Shown here: positions 11,786-25,132 of the stretch, piece after piece
How the letters are laid out: the number at the start of each line of letters is the position of its first letter
Position numbering within the stretch: the stretch's first letter is position 1
Source: Octopus sinensis
Taxonomy: Eukaryota
DNA length: 64,000 bases
Direction of reading: 5' to 3'
NCBI RefSeq assembly: GCF_006345805.1
Contig: NW_021835959.1
Span: 1 to 64,000 of the forward strand
The notes under the pieces: generated by a model
Databases searched by the model: none
Seen by the model: only the letters and a program-made list of their open reading frames with translations
What the model was told of the DNA's origin: nothing
Made by a program: the position numbers and the translations under genes

Positions 11786-13598
11786 ACATTCAAATTTGTA
11801 GAATGAATTCAAAAGAAAAGGCAACCCGTCTGCTTAGAAAAACTTACTAGCACACTACAACACCATCCTACTGACATGATGTGTTCTTCTGTATCATCTA
11901 CAGCTATCACTTCGGTTCCGGCTCTTTTAAACTAGTTATCTGTGTACCATCATCACCCTACAAGTATCCTGTTCTCCCATCTCTCGCTCTCCATTCTTTT
12001 CTGTTCTTTCATTTCCAAAACCAGACAGTAAACACTTCTCTAAACCCTAATCCCCAGAAATGCAACTTCTTGAACTCCCTTCCTGTCCCACGATTTTTCC
12101 CCCACAGAGGGGACGAACAAGGACAGACAAACGGATTAAGTCGATTATATCGACCCCCCAGTGCGTAACTGGCACTTATTTAAGTCGAAATTGCAGCTGA
12201 GTATCAAACTTGACCTCACCAGTCTGGATATAATGTCTCCTAGGAATAAATGCAGAAAAGAAAATCTCCAGTTATTGCAGTACTTACTTCAGTTCTTTGT
12301 GACCTCATTCAATTATGGTTTCGCTCACGTTATAATGGCATCGACTGAAGCAGAAAAGGTGCAATGATTAAGCAAAATTCAATGAATTCGATTATAAGCA
12401 GTTTGAAATGACGCAATGATACGAACAAATAAGCAAACTTTACGGTTCAGTACTTCACTATAAGCCGTACTATCAACTTAGATATATGGTCGGCTAACGT
12501 ACCTAATACCTCTCACTTGCAATGTCTGTCTTCTTTTTTTACGTTTTAATTTTTTAATAAAACAAAAAATATACTGTTAATTTTCAGCATGGCCTGACCG
12601 GTGTGGAAGAAAGACCAGGAGGTGTAATCAATATACATTCTTGTCATGAAAATGGCACAAACGATTCCAGTGACCCGTCAATGTTAATAATTTCTTTTTA
12701 AATCACCTCAGAGCTCTAATTCACATTCCGTAACTAACAAGATTCTAACATTGCAACGCAGGTTAAACATTTTAATATGAATATACACGAGGTGGGTATA
12801 TATTGCTAAAAATATCAAGCTTAATAGCTAAAATTATATATAATCTACGTGAAAAATCTACACCCCGCATATATTCACACGCATATATACACATAGACAC
12901 ACATACACGAAAAAGAAAGAAACAAAAACTTTTGGCTTTCTCCATTAAAGTAGGAAACAGTTTAAAATAGAGGAAAATCGATTCCTTTGATTCCGTTTAA
13001 ATATAAAATCAATAATTGCTGGAATCTTCGTGAAAACTTGAAATATTTCGTGTTTATCACTTGATTGTTCTATAGTAAACAATGCAGGTTTGGTAATGTT
13101 GTGCTGTGACCTTACTGAGGACGCCGTAGCGTAACAGTCACACACTTGGGAAAGCTAAGACGGCCTCACAGTTTCAAAGCATTTCGCTTCTTCGCTTACA
13201 CTAGTGGTTCACAACCTGGAATCACATACTACATATGAGTATGAGAAAGGAAAAAGATGGGAAGAGGGAGAGATTCAAAGTACCAATACTGAGTAAGTTA
13301 TGAATGAATATAAGGAGTCTTTCAATGACGTATCTACTCACCCTTAATGTAATTAATGCTTAATGCTTCGAGCGTGAATATTTTATTGAGGTTGTATTTC
13401 ATCATCTCCCCACTTTTGGTTATTCGCCAGTACTCAGCTGGTATTATCTTTATCGATCCCGAAAGGACAAAATAAAAAAAAAAGAAAAGCCTTGTTGACA
13501 TGTGCAGAATTTGAACCCAGAACGCAGAAGACCAAACAAATACGTATCGCATTTTACGTGACGCTTTAACGTATAGAAGGTATACACTTATCGTAATT

Positions 13599-13820
13599 GA
13601 AGGCGGTGAGCTGGCAGAAACGTTAGCGCGCCGGGCAGAAACGTTAGCGCGCCGTTACGCTCTGAGTTCAAATTCCGCCGAGGTCGACTTTACCTTTCAT
13701 CCTTTCGGGGTCGATTAAATAAGTACAGTTACGCACTGGGGTCGATATGATCGACTTAATCCGTTTTTCTGTCCTTGTTCGTCCTCTCTGTGCTTAGCCC
13801 CTTGTGGGTAGTAAAGAAAT
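13599..13820 (+). mobile_element. SINE family B with 21-bp TSD
   Basis: aggtatacacttatcgtaatt at 13578 and 13821; head carries a duplicated gcagaaacgttagcgcgccg. Confidence 0.92.
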
Positions 13821-15646
13821 AGGTATACACTTATCGTAATTATTCTGTGACGAATATTTTTTGATGATTACGAAACTGAGAACATTCAGAAGATAAAGCG
13901 TTTAGGATTTAATAATTCTGATAACAATAACCGGTTACAACATTATCTCTGATTATATTAAGCGGTTTCTACTGCATTCTTTCTGCTGTGGCCTGACACA
14001 AGCATGCTAAGGAACCATGTGCTCACGTGAACAGCCATCCGCCTACACACACACACATACACACACACATTCATAAATATGCAAACACAGTGTTTAGGAG
14101 ATACACATACATCTAACGATATGAAGTGATAACAGGCGAACCAATGGGTACGCTTCTACATGGCCGCTCAGTCTATTAGAAATCGCATCTAAATTTCCTT
14201 CAAATCATACCCCTAAAGTCTTAAAAAAAAGGACTCGTTGGACAATGAGGTCATTGGTTCCTTGCACATTGGTGAAAAAAGCAGGGCCTCGATTAGAATA
14301 CCTTTAATCATAAGTTTTTTTCATCGGAGCGGACCTAGTGCTAGACCACAAAAACAATAACAGCAACTGATAACACTCTAGCGTATATCTATTATGACGT
14401 CATGGAGCAGGATTCAGAGACTGCCTAGTTATCGGTGCATGGATAACACATAGGCTTTCTCACGCATATACAGATAGATGTGTGGTAAGAAGCTTACTTC
14501 CCAAATAACTGGGTTCCGGGTTCGGTCCCACTGCGTGGCACCTCGATACTTTCCTGGGGTGATGGGGGTTCTTCTCTGAAGAACTCAAACAAAAGTGGCT
14601 ACCCAAGGACAAAAACCGTGTTACACTGTGTTATAATAGTATTTCATCATGCAGGCTTTTCAATAAACCAAAAAGCCCAACACCAACGCCATCCCACTTT
14701 CTTCATCTTAAGTCCAGTGATGAAAGAGAAAGAGGTGACGAAGACAGGTAGAAGATGTTCCTGGAAGTCTTCATCTTGGACCCTAGACACAGGCGGTCAT
14801 AGACTTATGACTTACTTGGAGTTGTGTCTTGCTGAACCTTTATTCGTCGAAGCGACGAGAAACTCCAGATAAGTAGCTTAGTTATTACGTTAAACACTCA
14901 CAAAGCAATCCTCGTGGAGAATCAAAGTGATAATCTGGGGGATAACTCTGACACTTTGAACTGAAAATAAAACCCATTACACAAGCTTCTACACAGTTGT
15001 CGTCTCCCCAGTTTTACTCACAGTTTTACTCGAACCAAGGCCATGAAAAAAAAAAGACATTTGGCTAAGACGAGATGCCACCTAGTGGGATAAAGATCAC
15101 GTGATTGCGAAGCAAACTTCTTACCTTTTCCTTTGCTGCATCCATTTTCGTATAGAAGCACATGCATACACACACACACACACACACACATACATACATA
15201 CATACATACATACATACATACATACATACATACAAACAAACATACATACATACATACATACATACATACATACATACATACATACAAACAAACAAACATA
15301 CATACATACATACATACATACATACATACAAACATACATACATACATACATATACACTCACACATACCCAACATATACTTTCACTCCATTTACACATAAA
15401 GGCACTTTACATCAACATTCGCATACATATGATATACGTATATATATGCACAACCAAATAAACATTTGTATATGTTTGCAAAACACCTGCAAACACAAAC
15501 GTGTATATACATACAGTGGGCCTTAAAATGAACCGCATGAAAACGAAATGTATGCTGTCTGAAAACGTAGCAAAAAGCCGAATGGTGGTAGGGAAGCGAA
15601 GAAAGCGAGGAGATAAAAGAGAACATCAATTTGGGAACACTGTGAG

Positions 15647-16007
15647 TGGAAGCACGCCGTCGGTTACGACGATGAGGGTTCCGGTTGATCCGAATCAACG
15701 GAACAGCCTGCTCGTGAAATTAACGTGTAAGTGGCTGAGCACTCCACAGACACGTGCACCCTTAACGTAGTTCTCGGGGATATTCAGCGTGACACAGAGA
15801 GTGACTAGGTCGGCCCCTTGAAATACAGGTACAACAAAACAGGAAGTAAGAGTGAGAGAAAGTTGTGGTGAAAGAGCACAGCAGGGATCACCACCATCCC
15901 CTGCCGGAGCCTCGTGGAGCTTTTAGGTGTTTTCGCTCAATAAACACTCACAACGCCCGGTCTGGGAATCGAAACCGCGATCCTAACCACTGGGCCATTG
16001 CGCCTCC
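15647..16007 (-). mobile_element. SINE family C head with tail type a
   Basis: Near-identical to 27000-27374 and 32608-32994. Confidence 0.9.
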
Positions 16008-16009
16008 TG

Positions 16010-16395
16010 GGAACACTACGAATATATACTGAGACATGGATGCTGAAATCTCGAGGAGAATAAAATTAGGATGGAAGGCTTTACCTCAATGCAAGGCCAG
16101 AACAAGAATCTACGTGCCAGTCTCTTTAATAGCATTGTCTCTCCTGGGCTCTTATACATCAGTGTTACGTGGGATACTACAAAGAAAGAAGAAAACTAAC
16201 TGGCTACGAAGAAAAGGGCCATGGAAAGATCCATGCTAGGAGTAGCATTGTTGAAGCTTATATGAAATGAGGTAATTTGAGAAGGGGGTGAAATGAACGA
16301 CGTGATCGCAAAACATCAAAAGCACTAATTCTGCTGGGCGGACATAAGGAAAGGTTTACAGACAACAGGTGGGCCCGTGCAGTTGCTGAGTAGTA
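16010..16395 (+). mobile_element. RTE-clade LINE ORF fragment
   Basis: MDAEISRRIKLGWKA, LFNSIV..LLYISVTW, RAMERSMLG, TDNRW motifs; stops and frameshifts. Confidence 0.75.
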
Positions 16396-16396
16396 T

Positions 16397-16630
16397 ACCT
16401 ATTTCTTTACTACCCACAAGGGGCTAAACACAGAGGGGACAAACAAGGACAGACAAACGGATTAAGTCGATTTTATCGACCCCAGTGCGTAACTGGTACT
16501 TAATTTATCGACCCCGAAAGGATGAAAGGCAAAGTTGACCTCGGCGGAATTTGAACTCAGAACGTAAGAGCAGACGAAATACGGCTACGCATTTCACCCT
16601 GCGTGCTAATGTTTCTGCCAGCTCACCAAG
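16397..16630 (-). mobile_element. SINE family B monomer
   Basis: Reverse complement of the family B consensus. Confidence 0.9.
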
Positions 16631-16950
16631 GTTTAATACTTTTGTTTTTTTTGTTTTTTTCTTGTGTAAAAAAAAAAAGAATAATGTTTTTAGAGAAGCA
16701 AATACTCGGCGAGCGTTTTTTGTCTTCTATCAATATCATCCTTTTTTCATCTTTCATCTCATCAATGTTTTTGTCCAGCCCGCAAGCTACTCTGTGTCAC
16801 GCTCTTTATGGCAAAATTTTTAAATAGAGTAGTATATAAGAGGTCGGATAAGATCCCTCGGAAAGCCTCCACAACGTTGAGAAGATGATTTTTGTAAAAG
16901 TATTTGGGCCAAGATGGAAAAGAATGGCGCGATCAAGAAAGAATTGAAAA

Positions 16951-17240
16951 GGCGGCGGGCTGGCCGAAACGTTAGCACGCCGGGCGAAATGCTTAGCGGT
17001 ATTTCGTCTGCCTTTACGTTCTGAGTTCAAATTCCGCCGAGGTCGACTTTGCCTTTCATTCTTTCTGGGATCGATATAATCGACTTAATCCGTCTGTCTG
17101 TCCTTGTTTGTCTCCTCTGTGTTTAGCCCCTTGTGGGTCGTAAAGAAATAGGTATTTCATCTGTCTTTACGTTCTGAGTTCAAATTCTGCCGAGGTCGAC
17201 TTTGCCTTTCATCCTTTCGGGGTCGATAAATTAAGTACCC
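16951..17240 (+). mobile_element. SINE family B dimer (partial)
   Basis: Head plus two bodies; a minus-strand B head follows at about 17250-17352. Confidence 0.85.
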
Positions 17241-17459
17241 CCAGAGTTCAACTGGTACTTATTTTATTGGCGGAATTTGAACTCAGAAGACAGGCGAAAT
17301 GGTGCTAAGCATTTTGCCCTGCGTGCTAACGATTCTGCCAGCTCGCTGCCTTCCGTATCTATTACAATATTAAGTAATAAACTGTGATAGATGATGGTTT
17401 TTAAGTGTTATTTCTAGCAAATGGAACAACCATGAAGGGTCTCTCTCTTAAACAGTGAG

Positions 17460-17689
17460 CCACAGAACATACTCCTCAAACTTCATAACTCCTCACTCTC
17501 AACGGGGATATACCATGACATTTGGAAGCAGCTTCAGAGTGTGTCCTGTTTAAAGGAAAGCAGTCCCTCCGACCAAGCGAGCTAATGTCCCATTGCTCCA
17601 GCTTTTCCATATTAATGAAGACAGCCGCTAACAACAATGTCTCCCATCACTTTAAATCTCTGTCTGTATGCTTGTCTGTCCGTCCGTCC

Positions 17690-17729
<40 letters not shown>

Positions 17730-17750
17730 CTCTCTCTCTCTCTCTCTCTC
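17460..17750 (+). mobile_element. CR1-group RT N-terminal fragment, paralog of 7576-7775
   Basis: LHNSSLSTGIYHDIWK...CPIA...FSILMKTAANNNVSHHFKS, followed by a (TCTG)/(TC)n run. Confidence 0.6.
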
Positions 17751-18834
17751 GTTGGCTCAGCTGGAGCTGGTGTTTGTCTCTGTGATAGTTAATGTTTCTT
17801 AGCAACTGTGTAATTCCCTGTTGCTTCAAGTATTTGTTCACATCTTAACTGGTGAAGAATTGTAGCATAGTAGGTTTCCATACTATTATGAAATTACTTT
17901 CCAATGACCTTATTTTGCTTTCCAGGGTTTCCCTTGAGATCAGACATTATAAGTTTTACATCAGGTAGCTTAGTATCCTCACTGATAAGAATTTCGCTGC
18001 ACAATCCTCGTTTTCTGTTAGTCGTTCCTTTCAAAACAGATGTAAGGTTTTTCAGTAATCCTCATAGAACAATGTACGGTAAATTTTCACGTCGGAGGCT
18101 CCAAAACAAAATTTCCTCTCACATTGAGTTGTATGACTTTATCATGGTTATTGTTCTTGCTTTTTTTTATATTATGATTAGCGATTTTGAAATATTTCAT
18201 TAATTTTCGTTTTCCTTTGGGGGAGGGGGTTCTTTCTTTCTTCCTTTGTTTTTGTTTTTTTGCGGTACGGTAGCTTTAAATTTCTTATCAAAAGGTCAAA
18301 TGTTTTTTGGGGGTTTTTTTGCTTCGTTTTCGCACCGGCACTGAAATTGGCTTTTAATATCAGATTCAAATTTTGGCTCAAGGCCTGCAATTTCGGGGGA
18401 GGGGCTAAGTCGATTACATCGACTCCAGTACCCAACTGGTTCTTATTTTATCGACCCCAAGAAGATGAAAAACAAAGTCGACCTCGGAGAAATAAATCGG
18501 ATTCTTTAATATTCATTTGACATTTCCATTTAGCTTCCGCCCAGACTATCTGTCTTTGTCTGTCGGTGGTGTGTGCGCATTCAGCTGTATAGTATCTTGG
18601 TATATTGGTATGTATGTGTACATATATGTGTAGGAGTCGCATATAAATGTTTACGTATGTGAATCCCAATATGTGTGTTGTTTCAGTGTCTGCCTGCGCG
18701 TGTAAATGTGTACAGTACTTGAGTGTGCATGTGGCGTGTGTATATGTGAGATATGTGAATGTCTATATCGGAACATGCATAGGTATGATTGAGTGTGTGT
18801 GTATACGTGTGTGTGTGTGTATGCGTATGTGTGT

Positions 18835-18870
<36 letters not shown>

Positions 18871-19174
18871 ATCTGGTGTTAATGACTTGATATTGAGAAA
18901 AATAAGTGTTTGAGAAAACAAAAAATTGTGAGAAAAATTACGTGTTAGAGATATTTATATGAAATATATTTACATAAAAGTTACGTTTGAGAAAAATTTA
19001 CTTAGCAAATTGTGGAACACATGAATTCATTTACTCTATTTAAGTATGTATACTTAGTCTAGCTTTGCGCTAAAACGATTTTACATCGCCTGACCAACTT
19101 GAAATAGCAGCAAAATCGTGAAAAAATGGGAAGGACTAACCGGATCATGTAGCCTTAATTATATTCTTTACAGT

Positions 19175-19523
19175 CAAAGGCGGCGAGCTGGCAGAAACGT
19201 TAGCGCGCTGGGTGAAATGCTTAGCAGTATTTCGTCTGTCGTTACGTTGTGAGTTCAAATTCTGCCGAGGTCGACTTTGCCTTTCATCCTTTCGGGGTCG
19301 ATAAATTAAGTACCAGTTAAGCACTGGAGTCGATGTAGTCGACTTAATCCCTTTGTCTGTCCTTGTTTGTCCCCTCTGTGTTTAGCCCTTGTGTACCCAC
19401 AAGGGGCTAGAGGGGACAAACAAGGACAGACAAGGGATTAAGTCGACTACATCGACTCCAGTGCTTAACTGGTACTTAATTTATCGACCCCGAAAGGATG
19501 AAAGGCAAAGTCTGTAAGAAATA
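19175..19523 (+). mobile_element. SINE family B with internal fold-back inversion
   Basis: Body 19273-19393 is mirrored by 19395-19512; 15-bp TSD tatattctttacagt at 19160 and 19524. Confidence 0.9.
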
Positions 19524-19588
19524 TATATTCTTTACAGTTTGAATGCTTTTGACCATAGGTCTGATAAATCAGACAGCTTAGGCTAAAC

Positions 19589-20095
19589 CAGTGGTTCTCA
19601 ACCGAGGTCCGTATGGGCCTTGAGGGTCCGTATAAGATTTTTGGGTGTCTACGCCACAAAACAGTAAATTGGGGATCCACAATAGCATTTTAAGGATCCC
19701 TGAAAAAGATTATGCTTTAGATGTATGTATTCGTATGTATTTCAAGAAACAACTTGCTTTCTTTCTTGAACATTTTACATAGACTAACCTACACAAGTTA
19801 ATGTGTGAAAAACAAAATAGGAACTCTGTAAAAAGTTTCCATAAAACTAGTTTTATAGAGATACAACACGTAATTTTGTCAGTGAACGGGTCGCGGTCTC
19901 AAAGCGACGAAAATATTTTGGCAAATTAAATTTAAATGTTGAAGTGAATCTAATGGTTTTTGTGTGTTTCTTAAATGGCTTATAAACACCTTCCACGCTG
20001 CAATAGTTTTTAAACATCGAATGTTTATGGGGTCAACAATAATAAAATTGTAATCAAAGGGGTTCATAAATTTAAAAAATGGTTGAGAAACCCTG
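19589..20095. mobile_element. hAT (Charlie-like) MITE
   Basis: TIRs cagtggttctcaacc / ggttgagaaaccctg; exact 8-bp TSD ggctaaac at 19581 and 20096. Confidence 0.9.
19872..20008 (+). mobile_element. copy of the G3:C8-HHR repeat nested in the MITE
   Basis: Same sequence as the right arm of the 26.4-kb palindrome; core reads gtgaacg (A9G). Confidence 0.8.
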
Positions 20096-20770
20096 GGCTA
20101 AACAATATATATACTTTATAGTAAGTCTTTTCATAGATCTGACCGTGGAAAGGCATTAATAGATGACGAGTATTCAACAACCGCGGTATAGTTACTTCAG
20201 CTCATTGAAACATACGTTAGGATTTCATATGTTATGTTATTTTCTTCATATATTGGCACAAGGCCAGCATTTTCGTGGAAGAGTGTAAGTCGACCCCCAA
20301 TGCTCAGCTGGTACTTATTTTATCGATCCGCAAAGATGAAAAGCAAACTCGAACTCTAAGGAATTTGAACTCAGAACGTAAAGACAAACGAAACACCGCT
20401 ACGCATTTTGCTCGGTACGCTAACGATTCTGCCATCTCGTTACCTATTATTATCTTTATTTTGATTTCAAATTTTGGCACAAGGCTAGTATTTTCGGTGG
20501 GGGGTGGAAAGTAATGTAATCGACATCCCCCCCACTATGCGCAACTGGTGCTTATTTTATCGACCTGCAAGGATGAAAGGCAAAGTCGAACTCCGTGGAA
20601 TTTGAACTCTGAACGTAAAGACAGATGAAATGCCGTTAAACATCTTGCTCGGCACACTAACAGTTCACCCATCTTACTAACTTTATTTTATTTATATTAG
20701 AAAGGGAATTCTCAGCTAGACCGAAGCAGTTTAGAAATTTATTTTCCTCGCCCATTAATATATCAATAAC

Positions 20771-20837
<67 letters not shown>

Positions 20838-21149
20838 GTGTGTGCGTGCGTGTGTGTACGTTTCGATCAGATAAAGAACGTCTCTCGAGCATTACAATGT
20901 ACAGTTATATTAAGACAATCAACAGTCCATGGCTAATGGCAATGAAATAATTTACTTCCGTTTACTTGGCTGATGACCAACTCTTATATTAAAACAATAA
21001 CTAAGAACACATAACTAACGAATGACAAACAGGTAGGCGTACTGACGTATTGTTAAAGTGAGCTACGGAGAATCCGAGGATGCCTCCCAATTTCCTCATT
21101 ACAAATGTTTTATTTCACTGACCCAGATAAAAAGAACTTCAGGATACTA

Positions 21150-22398
21150 TTAGTTCGTCAAGTATGAATTTTGTAGAAAAGAATAAAAAAAGTTTGCTAA
21201 TGTTTTATAAATGCAAAGAATAGTTTTATTCATCAAAGTAGGCGTCCATATTGTCAATACACTTTAGCCATTTCAGCGGTAGCTTGTCCAGCCTGGAACT
21301 GTAAAAGCCTGACAATCTAGAGTCAATAAAATCTTGGAAGGCCTGTTTTACAACATCGTCGGAATTAAAAATTTTTCCCATCAAAAAGTTATCCAAATTC
21401 TGGAAGAATTTGAGTCAGTGGGGGCAAGATCAGGTGAGTATGATGGATGATGGGGAACTTCCAACTCCAGCTACTGTAGTTTCGCCAATGTCATTTTTGC
21501 TATATGTGGTCTGGCGTTGTCTTGCAATAAAATAGGGCTGGATCTGTTGACTAATCTAGGCTGGGTTTTTTTTTTGTAAGTTTCTGCATCATTTGGTCCA
21601 GTTGGCTGCAGTATACTTCGGTCGTGATTGATGAGTCAGGTTTAATAAAATAATAGTGGATTACACCTGCGCGAGACCACCAAACACACACTGTCAGTTT
21701 CTTTTGATAAATTTTGCTTTTTGGAATGTGTTTTGGTGGCTCGTCTTAGTCCAATCATTGTTGTATTGGATCCATTTCTCATCACATTACAATTCGATTC
21801 AAAAATTATTCATTTTTGTGACGAGAAAGTAGCATAATTTGCTGTTTCTGATTTTCATTGAGTTCATGTGGAACCCACTTATCCAACTTTTTCACTTTAC
21901 CGATTTGAACTAGGTGAGTCAATATTGTTTGCTTGCTAACACCAAATAACAACGATAATTCACGGGCACTTTGAAATGGATCTGACACGACGGTGGCTTT
22001 CAGTTCGTCATTATCCACGTTTGTTTCTGGTCGACCGCGTTGCTCATTTGTGAGGTCAAAGTTACCAGAACGAAATTTTGCAAGCAATTTGTGTAATAAC
22101 ACTAGAATGAAATACTATATTAATATTCCGAGCTGTCTGAGATGCTGTATTTCCAAGAAAGAACTCATATTTCAAAATTGTACGAATTTCCAACTTGGAT
22201 AAGTTGGAAATTCGTACAAAAATAGCAAAAAATGATTTATAAATACTTTATAAAGCGAAAATGAGTTAGAATAAAGAAATAGATGTGTCAGTTTTCTAAC
22301 AAAAAATAAAGATTGTCAAAATATAATAATGGCACGAAATGAGCAGCTGTCAAAATTTACCATATACTTTACAACAAATTTCATACTTGACGACCTAA
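21150..22398 (-). mobile_element. full-length decayed mariner element (DD34D transposase pseudogene)
   Basis: TIRs ttag(t/g)tcgtcaagtatgaa(t/a)tttgt with TA TSDs; motifs WVPHEL, DEKWI, LQDNARPH, HPSYSPDLAPTD; frameshifts. Confidence 0.95.
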
Positions 22399-22906
22399 TA
22401 CAACTTTAATGATTGATGATATTTCATCATTGACACTGGCACATTATTTCTAACAAAGATATTTCTCTAATTAAACCATTTTTTAGATTGTAATTAGGCA
22501 TCGTGAAGTAATTGCGGTCCGTTGATATAAAGATAGCATTCATAATATTGTGTTATTTTACTATTAACAACACAATATTAGTATCGAGTTATTTTTCAGT
22601 GCTGGGTTTAAATTTTGTATTTCAGTTGCAAATCTTCGACAAACCTCAGATGCAGCTAATATTTATGTAATGTTCACGTTTCTGTGATTGTAGAGTTCTT
22701 ACACATAGAAGAATCTAAGACCACGTTCAAAAGAAAGCCATCTCTCAACAGACATTAGCTAAAAACTTAATGTTCCTTATTTCTACCATTCTTACCATAA
22801 CTACAATATCCTCTCTTCTGCTCGTTATTTCTACTGCCTTACTCAAATCAGATCCGAAGCTAAACACATTAGCACCTACGACCCTTATTTCTTCATAGCC
22901 TCCAAA

Positions 22907-23169
22907 GGTGCGTGGCTTAGTGGTCAGGATGTTGGACTCATGATCGTAAGATTGTGGTTTCGATTCCTGGACCGGGCGATGCGCTGTGCTTTTGGGCAAA
23001 ACAATCCATTTCAAGTTGCTCCAGTCCACTCAGCTGACAAAAATTAGTAATCTTGAGACGCGACGGACCGGTGTCCTGACCGGGTGAGGAATATATATAC
23101 GCCATAGAAACCAGGAAACTGGCTCTTATGAGTCGGTATGACTCGAGAAAGAAACTTTACCTTTTTTAC
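22907..23169 (+). mobile_element. SINE family D head with V-like domain
   Basis: tRNA-like head, gcgacggaccggtgtcctgacc segment; TSD catag(c/t)ctccaaa. Confidence 0.8.
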
Positions 23170-23689
23170 CATAGTCTCCAAAACGGATGGGATGAAGGGA
23201 GAAAAGTTATCCCCAAACCAAAGACCTGGCCCGATTGCTTGCAACAGAGTGGACTCTAATAAAGTTGCCCATAGATCATACAGTGATGTCAAACTGTGGA
23301 CTAAACAAACAGAGCAAGACATCCTGTCGGACGATCTAACAATTCAGCCAATCAACCGACCCCATCTATTTTATCAATTCTGAAAAGTTAAAAATGAAAG
23401 TTTACCCGACAACATTTGAAACTCAGCGCAGAGAGACGAGAGAAACACTGCAATATGTTTTTGTCCTTAGCTTTAATGACTCTGCCACTGGATCACCTAA
23501 TCATTCTCCATTGGAACTGAAACTATCTAGAAATATTATCTTTGTCCATATTTTTCCAGCAGGCACCAACCAACAGAAATTCAAACTAAAGACCAAGCTA
23601 ATATCACTTGCGACTCTAAAGATCAAAGATCAAATCCTCTTCCGATTTAACAATTTTTAAAATTTATACATTAAACCCATCAAATACAG

Positions 23690-24450
23690 ATAAAGAATTT
23701 TTATACACATTATTTACATTTGAGAGATATTTGTCCTCATCTTGTTTGTTGTTAACACAACCTTTCGGCTGATATACCCTCCAGCCTTCATCAGGTGTCT
23801 TGGGGAAATTTCAAACCTGGGTTCTCATTCCTAAGGTATTTTCCGATGTTGTTGTTATTATTATTAACTCGGAATCTTGGGGTAAGTAGCTCGCGCTCTT
23901 AACCACTACGCCATATGCCCATGGGCATTTATTGAGTGAATTTTAGGGCTTATAAGTCTAATATTTTTCTATCCTTCCTTAATACCAGTTCCCATATGCT
24001 GCTTATATCTGCACTCAGTCTGCTTAGGAGGTTGTTGTGTCCTAGCATATGTGCTGCTTTTTTTAGTTTTCATATTTTCCAGTGGTGTTCTCTGTCTATT
24101 ATTTTAACTTCATCCTACAGGATTCCATCTTTCCATATATGATCATCTATACCCGATTTATCAATATCTCCTCGTGTCACAGCTTTGCGATGTTCGTCTA
24201 CCCTTATTTTGAGGGGGCGGCATGTCTTGCCTTTGTATAATCTACCACAGCTACATGGGATGGAGTACACACAGTCTTTGGTCATATTCTCTTCTGTTGG
24301 TGGTTTTACTAGAAGGAGATATTTGCAAAGTGTTGTATTACTCTTGAATACTGTCCTGATGTCATATGGGCCGCATATCTTTTGTATCTTTTCGGAGAGG
24401 CCTTTCACATAGGGTAGACAGAATTTGGACAGTTTATTGGTCTTATCCTC
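23690..24450 (-). mobile_element. Penelope-like element 3' end: GIY-YIG endonuclease, tRNA-like segment and HHR
   Basis: LPYVKGLSEKIQKI...VYSIPCSCGRLYKGKT.RPL..RVDEH...SGIDDHIW is a PLE-type GIY-YIG domain; premature stops. Confidence 0.9.
23754..23799 (-). ncRNA. minimal type-I hammerhead ribozyme (canonical CUGAUGA core)
   Basis: gacac-CTGATGA-a-ggctg[gagggtatat]cagcc-GAAA-gg-TT-gtgtt. Confidence 0.75.
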
Positions 24451-25132
24451 TCTCTTCTTCATAATTGGGTTAGGGTTATGTAACGAAATGAAAAAGTAAA
24501 TAAAACAAAACATATTTTCTGCCAAGATGATTTACGATTGGGTAAATAATGATATTTAGAAATTTTCATGTTTCTAAAATGGAGGGGTTAGATATTAATT
24601 TTCATTAATATTTTCGTAATTTTTTAATCGAAAAATATAAAATATAATTAATCGGCAATACGTTCACAGATTATTTTGTGATTGAAAGAAGATATTAAAA
24701 ATAAGGGGGAAAATAAAATTTAGCAATATTATTTTGCTATATAAATTCATAGCAATGCCAGCATGTATTCAACTACACTAAACATATATGTACGCAAACA
24801 TCTATTTTTCGATAAATAAACGGAATTTAATAATTTCATTTATTACTCATTTCTTCTTCGTCTCTCACTTTCACCCTCTCATGTTCAATGACACGTTCTT
24901 AAATTAATTAATATGTGTATAAGAAGCACTTGTGTTTATTGCCTGTACTACACTCATAAATCCGTTTAAATTATATTTAATTTCTTAGTCACTCCGTCCA
25001 ACATTCTAAAGGCTTCCATAGTTTTTACACAGAGAAATTTGTGTCCACACTATTTTACTTCCGTTTCGGCCCTCCCTTGACCTCGATCGTTTTCTGCTGA
25101 CCCTACTTTAAAATTATATATATATACAGGAA

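Noticed and set aside
14814-14868. tggagtt...tcgtcg/cgacga-gaaactcca as a type-III hammerhead
   Set aside because: No CUGANGA-like core at the required position and no stem I.
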